Assembly (NCBI GenBank): GCA_951406725.2
Contig: OX597830.1
Location: 75,020,001-75,084,000, forward strand
Direction of reading: 5' to 3'
Length of the DNA: 64,000 nt
From: Octopus vulgaris
Taxonomy: Eukaryota
Part shown: in pieces, positions 1 to 13,819 of the stretch
Numbering within the stretch: position 1 is the first letter of the stretch
How the letters are laid out: every line of letters begins with the position of its first letter
Position numbers and translations under genes: made by a program
Notes under the pieces: generated by a model
What the model was told of the DNA's origin: nothing
Database searches by the model: none
The model's input: only the letters and a program-made list of their open reading frames with translations

Positions 1-1205
1 TTTCGGTATCACTCTGTTTACAATAGCATTGCATGCAAAAGTTCCATGTGGAACCTTACGCAATACTTGCGGTTTAATACTATAGATTGACACTTAATCA
101 AACTTGCATTAAGAGACGTGCTGTTACTCTGTATATGTTCAAGAGAAATGTGCCCCAGCGAGCGATAAATGGAACATACGGAAAAGCACGAAAGAAACAC
201 ACACAACGGATTAAGACATTGTCAAACCCTCATCAGCTGTCAAACAAATATCATCGTAATTTTGACTCCTGCAGTGGTATTTAATGCCTTAACTATATGA
301 TTGCATACGTAAGTGCTGTGTCAATAACGTCAGTTATCCTACCGAATGAGATTGCTACTTAACTTATAACTTGAAACTATATGTAATGCCCAATTTCTGT
401 CATGGAATGTTTCAATGCTGAAAAGTCTTCTAAATGTGAAAAGATAAATTAACCGTCATCGGTCATTATCATTTATTGTTTTACTCACCCGTCATTGATG
501 GGGGTAGGAAAAATTTATCCGGAAAATAGACTCGAGCTCTTTGCTAAATGCATGCATAAATCTGGTGTTGGTTTTAAACTATTCAACAGAAGATTCTGCG
601 ACACAAAAACACAGGACACAAAGATGCGAAATAAATAACGAATGCATTTCATCTTTCAGCTTTTAATTTTTTTAATTAAAATTTTTTTTTCCTCAATCGC
701 AAAAGGATGTAATTGAAATTTTCATGCTGAGCCTACCTCACGGCGAGAAGTGCAAATGAGGGTAGCTATATCAAACTCCATTCTTCATCAAGTGCCACAT
801 ATTAGAGGAGGCTCCTAGTAATAACAGTGTAGCGCAAATCGGCGGTGCATCAGCATGGCCGCAGCTCTGAGCTGAAACTTAAAAAAAAAAATTGAAGTCA
901 TATCAGTGAGAGCCGAAATAAATAATGAACACAAATTTGGGAGGAAGGAAGTATTCGACTATATCAACGCCATTGCTCTAGTATAGTTTAGTTTATACAT
1001 CCTAAAAGGGTAAAAGGTAAGGTTGACCTCTGGAGAATTTGGACACAGAATATAAAGATCCAGAAGAAATGCTGAAAAGCCTTTTGTTCTACGCTCTAAT
1101 GAATCAATGAATTACCAGTAATAAGGAAAAAGAAAAAAAGTGATTGTAGTGTGACGGATGAAGAGGACAACAGAAAAGGAGAAAGGAAATATAATTAGGT
1201 CTTAC

Positions 1206-1300
1206 CTCGGCGAAGATTAGTCTACCAAACTCAGCGTCCAGTCGCTTCCTCGGATCAGCTCAACTCTGGCGTCGTTTATCGCCACACGTGCGTCCTCCGT
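1206..1300 (-). other. Probable non-coding first exon of a gene running leftwards out of the window
   Basis: Strong minus-strand donor GAG|GTAAGA (plus-strand CTTAC at 1201-1205) just downstream of the promoter motif cluster. TSS position is not determinable. Confidence 0.55.
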
Positions 1301-1360
1301 CACCGCTTCCGCTTCCTGCCGCGCATGCGCCCTGCAAGCCCTACTTCCGCCCTCCCCCAT
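1280..1360 (-). promoter_or_regulatory. GC/CpG-rich housekeeping-type promoter (ETS/GABP, NRF1, GC box, E-box)
   Basis: CpG-rich island in AT-rich DNA. GCGCATGCGC (NRF1 consensus) at 1321-1330; tandem GGAAG ETS cores at 1306-1318 (minus); CGGAAGT at 1343-1349 (minus); GGGCGG at 1347-1352 (minus); CACGTG at 1285-1290. Confidence 0.7.
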
Positions 1361-2162
1361 ATGTCGTCCTCTCCATCGACACCACAGTGATTGAAGAAAT
1401 AAAACAACAGAATGATACCCAAGACGTTTTGCATAATGGTTTTGAAGGAAACATTCTAAAACATTTCTACTGTTAAAGGGCATCTAAGCAACATTGCATA
1501 CGCCAGCCTCAGTTGCTTGTATACCGACTTTCCTGCATTAGTATTATAGTATTATGCATCTATTTCAAGCTAATGATGTCTAATCAGTTCGAAACATGCT
1601 TCGAGCTGTCCCTGTATTTAGCAACGTTAAAAAACAAAACAACATATTTTCTTCTCATTTCATGTTTGCTTGCTATTTTACAAAACTGAAATAACTTCGT
1701 TGCCATTTATCTTCACAATTTAAGATTTAGATTTGTCACTCATGCTTAACATACCTAGATTTAAGCATTAGATTTAGTGTTTATCCCGCCTCAATGTTGG
1801 TGAAGACTCGGATTATGAAAGCTTCCTTACTCATTACAAAATGTTTGTTAGTGTTTATTTTACTAAGAATTCTAGAAGCACGATTACACCACAGTATAAC
1901 TTAATCATACATTTGTTTCTCCCCCCCCTTTTTATGTTGCCTTCTCCTTCATTCTCCTCATCCCCCTCTTCTCTTTGTCCTTCCATTTCTTATCAACTTT
2001 CTCAATCTTGTTACACTAACTATTTTTCTTCTACTTCGTATTCGTTTTTTTTCATCCTTCTCTTCCCTTTTCTGTTTCCTATTGTAGTTTTAAATTTTCT
2101 TCAAATCCTCCTCCACCTTATTCCATTTCTGGCTTCTTGCACTTATCCATCTCATTAGGAGT

Positions 2163-2590
2163 CTTCTTCTTCTTCTTCTTCTTCTTCTTCTTCTTCTTCT
2201 TCTTCTTCTTCTTCTTCTTCTTCTTCTTCTTCTTCTTCTTCTTCTTCTTCTTCTTCTTCTTCTTCTTCTTCTTCTTCTTCTCCTTCTTCTTCTTCTTCTT
2301 CTTCTTCTTCTACTTTTTCTTCTTCTTCTTCTTCCCTTCCTCCCCTTCCTCCTCCACCTTCTTCTTCTTCTCTTCCTCCTCCTCTTCCACCTTCTTCTTC
2401 TTCTTCTTCTTCTTCTTCCACCCCCTTCTTCTTCTTCTACTTTTTCTTCTTATTATTCCCTTCCCCCACTTCCTCCTCCACCTTCTTCTTCTCTTCCTCC
2501 TCCTCTTCCACCTTCTTCTTCTTTTTCTTCTTCTTCTTCCACCACCTTCTTCTTCTTATTCCTCCTCTCCCTCTCCTCCTGCTCCTGCTC
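2163..2590. repeat. (TTC)n / (TCC)n polypyrimidine microsatellite
   Basis: Directly visible; explains the poly-F and poly-E ORFs. Confidence 0.97.
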
Positions 2591-3356
2591 CTGGCCGTCC
2601 CCTTTCTAGCTTCCCCCGTCTTCAACAAAACCCCTCCAACACAACAGATGACAAGTATAGACATTTCCAACAAAATTCGATACCTATCTTACAGTTTAAA
2701 ACAAACAAAAAAGGCAAAATAGACAGGAGTGGCCTAAAACACATTTATTGTCAGTTAACCAGTGACGGGTCAAACGATAAACCGAGGGAAAACGAAACAG
2801 TGTATATAAGAAAATTAAATCAAATCTCCCTCTAGATGAAAGAATGTTTTGCAAAAATGATTATAAGTCACACGAAAAGTTGAGGAAAATCCTGTTGAAC
2901 TCGTATATATTTCTGTTTCTTTTCGGGTTATTTTTTCGTTTTTATCAACTGGATATCAAAAGAAACATTCGATTCACGATGGAATTTTTTTTTTATTTTA
3001 ATTAGAATTCACACAAATATTTAAGTACGCTTTAATCTCTTATATATAGGTATGGCTGACGTTTTAACACGCTACCGTTCTTGACATGAAAAAAAAAATG
3101 GTTTCGTTGCTTGCTAACAATGATATATGTATATATGTATATGTATGCGTGTGTGTGTGTTTATATATATGTACATATATATATATGCGTGTGTGAGTAT
3201 GTATGTATGTATGTATTTATGTGTATGTTATATGTATAAGCAGTATAGCTTAATATAAATAGGTGGATAGATATATATATACAATATTTGAGTGATATAT
3301 ATATATATACATGTGTGTGTGTGTGTATGAACAACTATATATACACACATACGTAT

Positions 3357-3389
<33 letters not shown>

Positions 3390-3433
3390 CATAAATATAA
3401 ATATATACATATGTATATATGCATATATATATA

Positions 3434-3512
<79 letters not shown>

Positions 3513-3989
3513 ACATAGTCGTATCTGTATATATGAACTAAATTAGTACTCAATTTTTCACCATTGTTTTTTGTCTGCCATACTTATTGACTGCAAAAAT
3601 AAAAGTGAAATCGGTCTTCAGAAGTCACATTCAAAGCCACCCAATATTATATATCTCACGCAACTCTGATAAACTGACTCAAATCTTTAAATATTCGTCC
3701 TTTTCACGGCTTTAACTTCTCGAACACGAATTTTGTAGGTTCAATTTTTTGGGTCATTTTTTTATAGTTTTTTCTTTTCTTCTCAAGTTATTTGACACAT
3801 CTCAACATCTCCATAGTAATGTCTTCGCACCACTGTCTGTCAAAAAAAAAGAAAGAAACGAAGAAAATGAAAAAAAAGAGAGGAGACAAAATATGTGTAT
3901 CAAATTTGCTGAAGGTTTACCAGAGACAACGATATAGTAACGGAAGGATTATAATGGTTTTTAGTTTATAAATATGTTGGCCAACTGTC

Positions 3990-4292
3990 TGAAATATTGG
4001 GCAAATGTCTTCTTGTATAACCTCGGGCCGACCAAAGCCTTGTGAGTGGATTTGGGAGAAAAAACTGAAAGCAGCTTGTTGTATATATACATGTATATGT
4101 TTGTGTGTCTGTTTGCCCCCGCCCCAGCATTGCTTGACAACCGATATTGGTATGTTTACGTCGCCGTAACCTAGCGGTTCGGCAAAATAGACCGATAGAA
4201 GAAGTACTAGGCTTACAGAGAATAAGTCCTGGGGTCGACTCAAAGCGGTACTCCATCATGGCCGCAGTCAAATGAGTGAAACCAGTATAAGA
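3990..4292 (+). mobile_element. tRNA-derived SINE, family B (5'-truncated)
   Basis: Matches the full copy at 59610-60040 (ggccgaccaaagccttgtgagtggatttgg...gcggttcggcaaaa...catggccgcagtcaaatga). Confidence 0.85.
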
Positions 4293-4649
4293 ATATATTT
4301 TGTCAGAATATGTTTTGGCTCATTGTATTAACAATAGTAATTCTATTAACAATAGTAATTCTTTCTACTATACAATTCCTGACAATTTGTGGGAAGGAGC
4401 TAATGGATTACGTCGATCCAGGTATTTAACTACAACTTATTTTTATCGATCCCGAAAAGTATGGAAGGCAAAGTCAAACTCGGTGCAATTTGAACTCATA
4501 ACGTAAAAAGTAGGATGAAATGTTACTCGGCCTTCTTCTCAACGCGCTAACAATTCTGACATCTTGCAGCCTGATTCAAAACAGTACAAGTCCAGTAATT
4601 TCGAAGTTGGCGGCAAGTAGATTAGAACGTCCCCACTACTCAACTGGGT

Positions 4650-4950
4650 CCAGGCACATGGCCAAGTGGTTAGTGCAGCGGACTCGCGTTCGAGGGATAG
4701 CGGATTCGGTTCTCAGACCGGGCGATGTGTGTGTTTATGAGCGAAACACCTAAGCTCCACGCGGCTCCGGCAGAAGGTAATGGCGAACCTCTGCTAACTC
4801 TTTCGCCACAACTTTCTCTCACTCTTTCCTCCTACATTTTGCAGCTCACCTGCGACGGACCGGAGTCCCGTCCAGGTGGGGAACCTATACGCCAAGGAAA
4901 CCGAGAAAGCGGCCCTTATGAGCCAGGCATGGCTCGAGAAGGAACAAACT
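4650..4950 (+). mobile_element. tRNA-derived SINE, family E head with V-SINE-like tail
   Basis: A box TGGCCAAGTGG and B-box-like GGTTCTCAGACC; head shared with 22170-22472; tail cctgcgacggaccggagtcccgtccagg...gaaaccg. Confidence 0.75.
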
Positions 4951-5679
4951 CAACTGGAACTTATTTTATGAATCCTGAAAAGAAAGGAGCAAATTCTTCC
5001 TCGGGAAAATTTGAACTCAGAGTATAGAGAGCCTGATGGAATGCAGTTCAGCACTTTCGCACGACGCGATAACGATTCTGACGAAGGGATAATACTGTAG
5101 GAAATGTATGTATCATTCCGCTTGTTATATATGTACGAGAGTGTTATGTTTCAGATATTTCTATGTTGAACAATCCAAAGGTTTACCCATTCATTAACAA
5201 ACTACGAGTGCTACGCTGTAGGCTAGAATAATTATGGAGTGAAATCGAAGAAAGAAATTGAAATTTTCAAATAATGAAACAATATTGTGTTATGAAAAGA
5301 TATAGGAGACATAATCGAAATTTTTAAGACAGTCAACAAGTTTGTAAGTTGAGGTTTAAACAGTTGTATCTATAGAAGCAAATCGAAATTTTTAGGGTAA
5401 TGGAGGAAGTTCTTGTATTAGCAATGGAAGGAAATTGTTGGCATAATCGAAGGGTTTAAGACAATGAATCAACGAAATGAAGATCTTAAACTAGAGCGGC
5501 AAAATAAAAATATGAATTTACGCGGGTTCCTCAGGCAAGAGCAAGGGTTTCCTATTTACGCACAAAGGTAGCTGTTTTGGTGGGAACGTATCAATCTATA
5601 CCATCGCCTCCAATACTTGACAGGTAATGTATTTCCCCGACTATGGACGAATAAAAATTGAAGTTGACCAATATTTATA

Positions 5680-5960
5680 CTCTTTTACTCTTTTATTTGT
5701 TTCAGTCATGTGACTGTGGCCATACTGGAGCACCGTCTTCAGTCGAGCAAATCGACACCAGAACTTATTCTTTGTAAGCCAAGTACATATTCTATCGGCC
5801 ACTTGTGCCGAACCGCTAAGTAACGGAGATGTAAACACACCACCATCGGTTGTCAAGCGATGTTAGGGTGACAAAAACAGACACACAAACACACGCACAC
5901 ATATATACATATATACGACGGGCTTCTTTCAGTTTCCGTCTACCAAATCCTCTCACAACT
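5680..5960 (-). mobile_element. SINE family B, 3' part
   Basis: Same orientation and sequence as 59610-59930. Confidence 0.85.
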
Positions 5961-6268
5961 CTCAGCACGAAGTTTTGTCAGTGAACAGGTCGCGGTCTCA
6001 AAGCGACGAAAATATTTTCACAAATTAAATTTAAACGTTGAAGTGAATCAAACGGATTTTGTGTTTCTTAAATGGCCTATAAACACCTTCCACACTGCAA
6101 TTGTTTATATATAAATATATGCACGCGTGTATGTATGTATGTATGTATGTATGTATGTATGTATGTATGTATGTATGTATGTATGTATGTATGTATGTAT
6201 TATGTATGTGTGTATGTATGTATGCATATATGTATGTATATGTGTATATATGTATGTACGCATGTATG

Positions 6269-6299
<31 letters not shown>

Positions 6300-6377
6300 G
6301 TTTATATCCATATCTATGTATATATACATACGTATATATATTCATGTACATGTACACACACACATACACACACACAC

Positions 6378-6435
<58 letters not shown>

Positions 6436-6577
6436 GTTTGTACGTATAGTTTTGTAGTTGGTTCGTAAGATTCTTGACGTGAACTCATGTGTTGAACTAG
6501 AATTTGTTGTATCTTGAAAGGGTCATTACGTCAGTAATAAAGACACCAGTGCATCAAAACATATATATTCACATTCA

Positions 6578-6633
<56 letters not shown>

Positions 6634-8253
6634 TATACATATAAATATATACATATATACATCTCCGTTTAATCCATAACAGTGAGTCCCAAAAGATATA
6701 TTTCTAATGCTTTGCGTATTCATATAGGCACTCACATATGCATGTAAGCATACGTACGCGTGTATATACGCAAGTGTGATGCGTGTAATTGTGTACGTGT
6801 GTATGCGCTTCTATATGTGTGTATTTAGAATGATCGATGGATAAATTACGCAGTAAACATATGCTCCCAGAAAAAATGCATTTGATATTGTATTTGTTCT
6901 AAAAATCCCTTGCTCTTAATACCTACTGTTACACGAACAATAATCTTTGAAGAACATGTCACCAATGTTTGATGGATATATCATCAAAGACATATGAAAT
7001 ATTACGTATCGTAGGGGATCTGTTCGATGCCAGCTGAAGGTGAGATACATCTATGAGTGTATATATTCCCTGAAGTTTGTGTACGAGTTGATAGGGCACA
7101 GGGAGCACCATCTATCGACAGGCAGGTAACAGGAAGCGAGCGGCTGCTTGTGAATGATGGCATTAGCTGTCATGTGTGCTCAAACACTAAACATATACCA
7201 ACATACAAACCCTGTGTGTTTTCTGCCTGATGTTGCTCTTTCGTTCTCTCTATGAGCAGAAAGACACATGACCACACACATACGTACAAACGTACATAAA
7301 AACAGACAAGCATAAGTATGATTTACAGAAAAATGACGCAAGCATGCGTATTATTTAAACAAAAAGGAGACGAGAGAAATAGTTCCGAGAAACCAGTAAC
7401 ATGTATTTGAACAACATAAACAAATACGAGTATGTAAAACCATGTACGACATAAATTCTTCTTTTATTTAAAATTATCTCCGCCTCCAGAGGAAGAATCA
7501 AAATTACCCATTAGCAATTAAGACCGGCTTCATACGAGAAGGGAAGTTAATCACAAGATTCAAGGATGATCCAGTGTTTGTATGTATGTATGTATGTATG
7601 TATGTATGTATGTATGTATGTATGTATATATGTATGTATGTATCTATGTATGTATGTATGTATGTATGTATGTATGTATGTATGTATGTATGTATGTATG
7701 TATGTATGTATGTGTGAAAGCGGATGGTTAGTGGTTGTTCAGGTGTTGTGCTCCTTTGCCTTTCATCATTTCGGGGTCGATAAATTAAGTACCAGTTACG
7801 CACTGGGGTCGATGTAATCAACTTAATCCCTTTGTCTGTCCTTGTTTGTCCCCTCAGTGTTTAGCCCCTTATGGGTAGTAAAGAAAGATCGTAGCTTTTA
7901 ATCCTAAAAGAGGCATGTCATTTCGATTCCTTTATTCTTCTCAGCTAATATAAATACTGGCCGAGTGGCGGAGCAACACTCCCTTCCGCTATCTATTATA
8001 TGCTTAATGTTCCACCGAGTTGGATGTGGTAAGGTCCAATTTATGTGTGACTGTTCGCGACTACATACGTACATAAAAGAATTGACGATATCGAGGGACA
8101 TGCTACCAAGGCATACTCATCACGGGTATCTGATGTTGGTCTTCGAAATCCTAATACGTAGGTATTAAACAATTTCAAAATATCACTAAAAGATTTGACA
8201 TTATTATTACAGCTTTGAATATATGTGTATGTATGTATGAATAAATAAATATT

Positions 8254-8339
<86 letters not shown>

Positions 8340-8469
8340 AAGATAGATAGATAGATATAGATATATATAATACAGTTCTATATTTAAGAGATGAGAAATT
8401 ATGTACACTGTTTACGTTATTTACTTTGGTTCCATTTGACGGATATTTGTCCTCGTCTTCCTTGTTGTT

Positions 8470-8515
8470 AACACAACGTTTCGGCTGATATACCCGCCAG
8501 CCTTCATCAGGTGTC
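8470..8515 (-). ncRNA. Minimal type I hammerhead ribozyme (family 1)
   Basis: Minus strand reads GACAC-CUGAUGA-A-GGCUGG(cggguaua)UCAGCC-GAAA-CG-UU^GUGUU: helix I GACAC/GUGUU, 6-bp helix II, palindromic helix III ACGU. Confidence 0.85.
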
Positions 8516-8561
8516 TTGAGGAAATTTCGAAACTGGTTTCCCATTCATATGGTATTTTTCG

Positions 8562-8639
<78 letters not shown>

Positions 8640-8695
8640 GCAACAGCTTCGAAAAATACCTTAGGAATGAGATTCCAGGTTCGAAATTACCTCAA

Positions 8696-8741
8696 GGTAC
8701 CTGATGAAGGCTGGATGGTATATCGGTCGAAACGTTGTGTT
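8696..8741 (+). ncRNA. Minimal type I hammerhead ribozyme (family 1)
   Basis: GGUAC-CUGAUGA-A-GGCUGG(augguaua)UCGGUC-GAAA-CG-UU^GUGUU; substitutions relative to the partner copy give G-U wobbles. Confidence 0.8.
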
Positions 8742-9244
8742 AACAACAAACAAGATGAGGACAAATATCCGTCAAATGTAAATAACGCAAATAATGAAAA
8801 TAATATATATATATATATATAATTTTCTTACGAAACACTCACCTACATATATGTGTGCGTATATCTTGTGTGTGTTGACGCGTGCGCGAAGGTAATTCAA
8901 AACAGTCAGGCTAAGTATGAAGTATAATGGGTATATATATATATGTATACCCATTATACCGTTGATATATGTATATATCAGCGGTATAATGGGTATTATA
9001 TACATTATATTATCTTTGTAATTTCCCTAATCGTTACTTTTTAATTGTTATTTTAATTCTAACTTTTCTATTATATGTAATTTTCTAGATGGTGTAATTT
9101 AATTATTCATTTTGAATTGTTAAAAGGTGTTTTTATTCTAATATTTTTTATATATATATTATATTGTGTGGAATTTGATTTAGTATTTCTAAACTGAATT
9201 CTTTTTTCTTGTATGTTTGAATTTTATTCCCTCAAATAATAATT

Positions 9245-9295
<51 letters not shown>

Positions 9296-10321
9296 ATATA
9301 TATATTGCACTGGATTAAGACCCTGATGGCCGTAAGCACTTAAAAGATTTTCGTGCCGCCCTATATATGTAATTGAAAATATAAATATTAAGCCATTAAA
9401 TATATTTTCTGGATTCGATATGATCGACTTCTATTATTCTTATTGAGACAACCTGTGTGATTATGAACTGACCGAATAAGTTGTACTATACGTATTTTAT
9501 GTTTAGGCGTCCGCAGTTGTATGGGAGCAACGTTTTAGGTCTCGAAAGAGTGCCGATTCAATGAGAGAGACAGAGACAGGGGGAAGGAGAGAGAGAAAGA
9601 GAGAAAGAAAGGTGGGAGAGACGTTGAAACAACTCCAATACTTGATAAGAACTGTTTTATGAACACAGAATTGTTAAATGGCATAGTGGAATCCTGGAGT
9701 GATGTTTTGAGCTGAGGGCAAACGGCGCAAAATATAAAGTATTAGGTCCAACACATTAATGACTGCATTAATTTGCCGCGGCATGATGGCCGACAGAAAA
9801 ATTATTTGGAGACACTACCATAGTATGGCCGCAGCAAAATCACTCAAACAAATAAATTAATAGAGAAATAAATAAAATATTATTCTTGTTCACTGTTCAA
9901 AATAGTCTAGACGTATCGTGTTAATTACATATAATCTTTGGATTAGAAGAATACTATTGTTGTTTGAAATAGTTGAGACGTATAGTGTTAAGTATAATCT
10001 GAAGAATAAAAGAATAAAATTCCTGTTCGAAAAAGTCTAACCGTATGGTGTTAACTATATTATACTCTGTGGAATAACTCATACGAAAGCCATCAACTGT
10101 TTTTAATAGGTCTTACAATACCTTACTCAAGCCATATCAATAACGCTTTTTCTCCGCCTATACATAACCCCGCTCTCTTTAAAAGTTACTGTGTCTTCTC
10201 ACCTCCCACGCCAGGAATTCGGCTCCCACACCCCTTCTAATCCTTTCTCCCATACTATAACTATTCCTTTCTCGTATCCACACACAAACACACACACACA
10301 CACACATACACACACACCTAG

Positions 10322-10368
<47 letters not shown>

Positions 10369-10422
10369 CATACATATATATAAGTATATGTATATATGTA
10401 TATATATATATATATATGTATG

Positions 10423-10455
<33 letters not shown>

Positions 10456-10649
10456 ATTTATATGCGTAAAAACACGGACACACGAATATATACGCACATG
10501 CATACATACAGTGATTACGGTTTAAGTTTTTTTCTTGCCTGGTTTTTTTGTTTTTGTTTTCTAAATATGTTCTAACTAAACGTCACCTGCATTGATAACA
10601 TCAGATTAAGAAAACCGGCAAAGATTGCGAACGTTGCCCCACCTCTCTT

Positions 10650-10698
<49 letters not shown>

Positions 10699-10850
10699 AA
10701 ACATAGACACGCAATTACGCACACTCACACACTACACACACTCACCCACGCACACTAAGACACATACAAATCTGCGTGTATTTGTATATGTCTATAAATA
10801 CAACATGTATTGATATACATACATATATATACATATATATATACACATAC

Positions 10851-10896
<46 letters not shown>

Positions 10897-11554
10897 AGAG
10901 AGAAAGAGAAAAAGAAAGAGTGATACGTACATATATACATACATGCATATATAAATATATATATATATATATATACGTGTATATATATATTTATACGTAT
11001 ATTTATATGCATACATATATACATATGCACCAGAAAAGAATACGCTCACACACGCACACACACACACACACACACATATATAAATATATTTATATACATA
11101 CATATACATATCAAGGTACACGCAAATGCACATAGATACTTGTATTTATATTCATATATTTTCCAATATAAATATATATTTGCTATATGTACATGTATAT
11201 ACATATGTATACACACACAGACACACACACACTTATATGTTACGTACATACACACATACATGCACACAATCACACATATGAATGTATGAAACACCGACAC
11301 ACAATTAAGCTCTCATACGCTCGCACTGGAATTTGCGCACGTCTGTTATTAAGCCAATGCTCCGTTATGGTATGTTTATTATTCAACTAGAAGTATGTCG
11401 TTATACACACTGCTTTCTATTAGGGAATATCAATGACTAGTCTTGTGTGTGTTTGTGCGTATCATGTGGTATGTATGCTGTTTGGTATGGCGGTGGCAGG
11501 CAGGCAGGCTCGGTGGTGGTGGTGCTGGTGGTGGTGTTGGTGGTTAAGTAAATA

Positions 11555-11613
11555 TTATTCTTTACGGTCACGCTTGACGAATTTACGTTGCTCCTCGCAC
11601 ACCAGCTTCCCAT
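11555..11613 (-). CDS. Candidate short terminal coding exon (..GKLVCEEQRKFVKRDRKE*)
   Basis: Acceptor ttttcactttacAG| at 11614, CpG-retaining unique sequence, AATAAA on the minus strand at 11375-11380. No homology recognised. Confidence 0.25.
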
Positions 11614-11855
11614 CTGTAAAGTGAAAAACGCAAGCTTTTTTTCAGCAACGAGTTTTTGCGCGGCCGCACTACCCCCACCCGCGTCTATTTCTATATTTCG
11701 TCTACTTCTACTACTACTACTACTACTGAGGATGATGAGGAGGAGGAAGAGTATGAGGAGATGTAAGAGATGTAAGCTGTTTCTGATAACACCATCACCA
11801 CTAGGAACAACAGTAATATTACAATTACCAATACAACTAGTAGTAGTAGTAGTAT

Positions 11856-11907
<52 letters not shown>

Positions 11908-12354
11908 GAAGTTTAATCCAGATGCAGAGACTTGTGAATTATTTTTTTCCTATTTAATTTATTTCATTTTTGCTGGGTACATATTTACCTCTAGTTGACA
12001 GATATTTTATGTTACCGACATCTAATGAATAATTATAAGCTAAAATATATAAAGAGCAGTAACTCAAATATGGACCAGTTATATTGACTGGTTTTAAGAA
12101 GTAACCGGACAGTCTGTTAATTGCCGTTCATAAAAAAAAACACATCTTGATTTATTCAAAGTCTCTCTCATAAATATATAAGTTTCTTATTTAGACATAA
12201 GACTATCAGTTTTGAGGGGAGGTGGTCAAGTCGATCACATCAACCCCGATACATGACGGGTAGTTTATTTTATCGACTGTAGAAGGACGAAGTTGACCAC
12301 AGCGGGATTTGTACTCAGAACAACTGCTATGTCTTACTTCTGATACTCTAAAAC

Positions 12355-12755
12355 GGCAGGCACACCATATTGGAGTACGGGATTCAAGCCTCTTCTCCTT
12401 ATCTCCTCAAAGACGTACAGCATCTCGAAAGAGTCCAGAAGCTGGCTACCCGCATGGTTCTTGGTCTCAAGAATTTGTCTTATGAAGAAAGGCTGAAGAC
12501 GCTCGACCTTTATTCTCTAGAAAAACGACGGCGCCGTGGTGATCGAAGGAAAGGGGCTTTCTCCGTCCGGATTCCGGATCCGTGGAATAAGCTGCCGGAC
12601 GAGATGGTGAAGATGCCGACGACCGCTCGGTTCAAAGTCTCCTTTGACCACAAGTGGCCTGAACTCTTTACCTGAACACCACCATGTACATAACTCTATG
12701 TCCCCCTACATGGCCTTGCTTTTTGCTTTTTGAGCCAAAAAATTAACTAACTAAC
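12355..12755 (+). mobile_element. CR1-clade LINE 3' fragment (RT C-terminus, internally deleted)
   Basis: ORF 12370-12675: LEY..SPYL.KD..LERVQK.ATRMV.GLK.LSYEERL..LDLYSLEKRR.RGD and W N.LP..V....FK..D; (TAAC)n tail. Confidence 0.9.
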
Positions 12756-12779
12756 TTTTGTGTAAGTAACTGTAATGAG

Positions 12780-13195
12780 AGTTCATTTGCCCCTGGTATG
12801 GCATCAGTGACTGGAACAACTTATGTCTGAGAGCAAGCAGTTTCAATAATGAAGTATGTGAAGTCAGTACATCTAATGAGGTTGATTGATGAACATTTGG
12901 AAGCAATTCTCTTGGTTGGACGCAGCAATTCCAAAGCAAATATTGATGATATCTTAAAACTTAAACAGCAGTTTCACAAATCTCACCAACCTTTTTAGCT
13001 GTTTAGCTTGTAAGATTCGGATATGTGTGTACTGAGTGTGATATAATTATCTTATTGCTAGCGTCGCCTCTGATAACATTTTGGTAAATAAATATGCTGA
13101 TTGTCTTTATTTTTTTTATTGTATTGAACAAATGGCTATGCGACCCGCGCTCCTCATTCTCTCAGTTATCTGGCCCGCCGTGAAAAAAGCTTGCT
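12780..13195 (+). mobile_element. hAT (Charlie/SPIN-like) transposon 3' remnant
   Basis: Manual translation from 12798: MASVTGTTYV*EQAVSIMKYVKSVHLMRLIDEHLEAIL...QQFHKSH, matching the hAT C-terminal dimerisation motif with an in-frame stop; tggcccgc..aaaaagcttg subterminal motif. Confidence 0.75.
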
Positions 13196-13340
13196 CTAAA
13201 ATAATACATAAAATTCTTCATTGGGTTTTATCTTAGCAACATCTCAGATTTCTTGAGAACACATTCTTCGTGGTAAGACGATCTGGCGTCTTCTTCTAGC
13301 ATACTAGGAATCCACTTTGGTGGTTATTCCTCATATATAT

Positions 13341-13379
<39 letters not shown>

Positions 13380-13445
13380 AAAAAATGAAGTTCGAAAATG
13401 CTGCTATATTAGACAAATTTTTAATTTTTATATATACATTATTTA

Positions 13446-13488
13446 TTTAACATGTTTCGGTTCTTGAAATGATGAACCTTATCAAAAA
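13446..13488 (-). ncRNA. Degenerate hammerhead-like motif
   Basis: Minus strand reads uuuu-UUGAUAA-GGUUC(aucauuucaa)GAACC-GAAA-CAUG-UU-aaa; U3/A8 core variant with palindromic helix III. Confidence 0.5.
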
Positions 13489-13819
13489 AAATGATATATA
13501 AAAAAGATAGTTCATGCTATCAAATATACAAAATTCATATATAATATACAATAGAATCAGACATCAAAAGTTCATATATAGTGAAGTGAGTTCATGCTAT
13601 ATGTTTAAAGAGTATGATGTAGTAGTTCATAGTGGTGATATGCATTCAATATAAAAAATAGTTCATAGTGGTGATATGCATTCAATATAAAAAATTGATG
13701 TTCTTGAAAAAGCGAGGAATTCATTTTAGATTTTACCTTGAGCAACTGTGATGACTTTTGGTCGGTGTCCGCTCGGACAGTTCTGGCGAACCTTGTGAAT
13801 TGTTTGAGTTTTATATCAC

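Larger units (their letters stand above)
8413..8790. mobile_element. Inverted pair of PLE-type terminal repeats flanking (AAT)n
   Basis: 8413-8562 is the diverged reverse complement of 8649-8790; each arm carries a hammerhead motif. Confidence 0.8.

Noticed and set aside
1217-1483. 88-aa and 62-aa ORFs over the GC island
   Set aside because: No true ATG context or recognisable homology; better explained as promoter/5' UTR.
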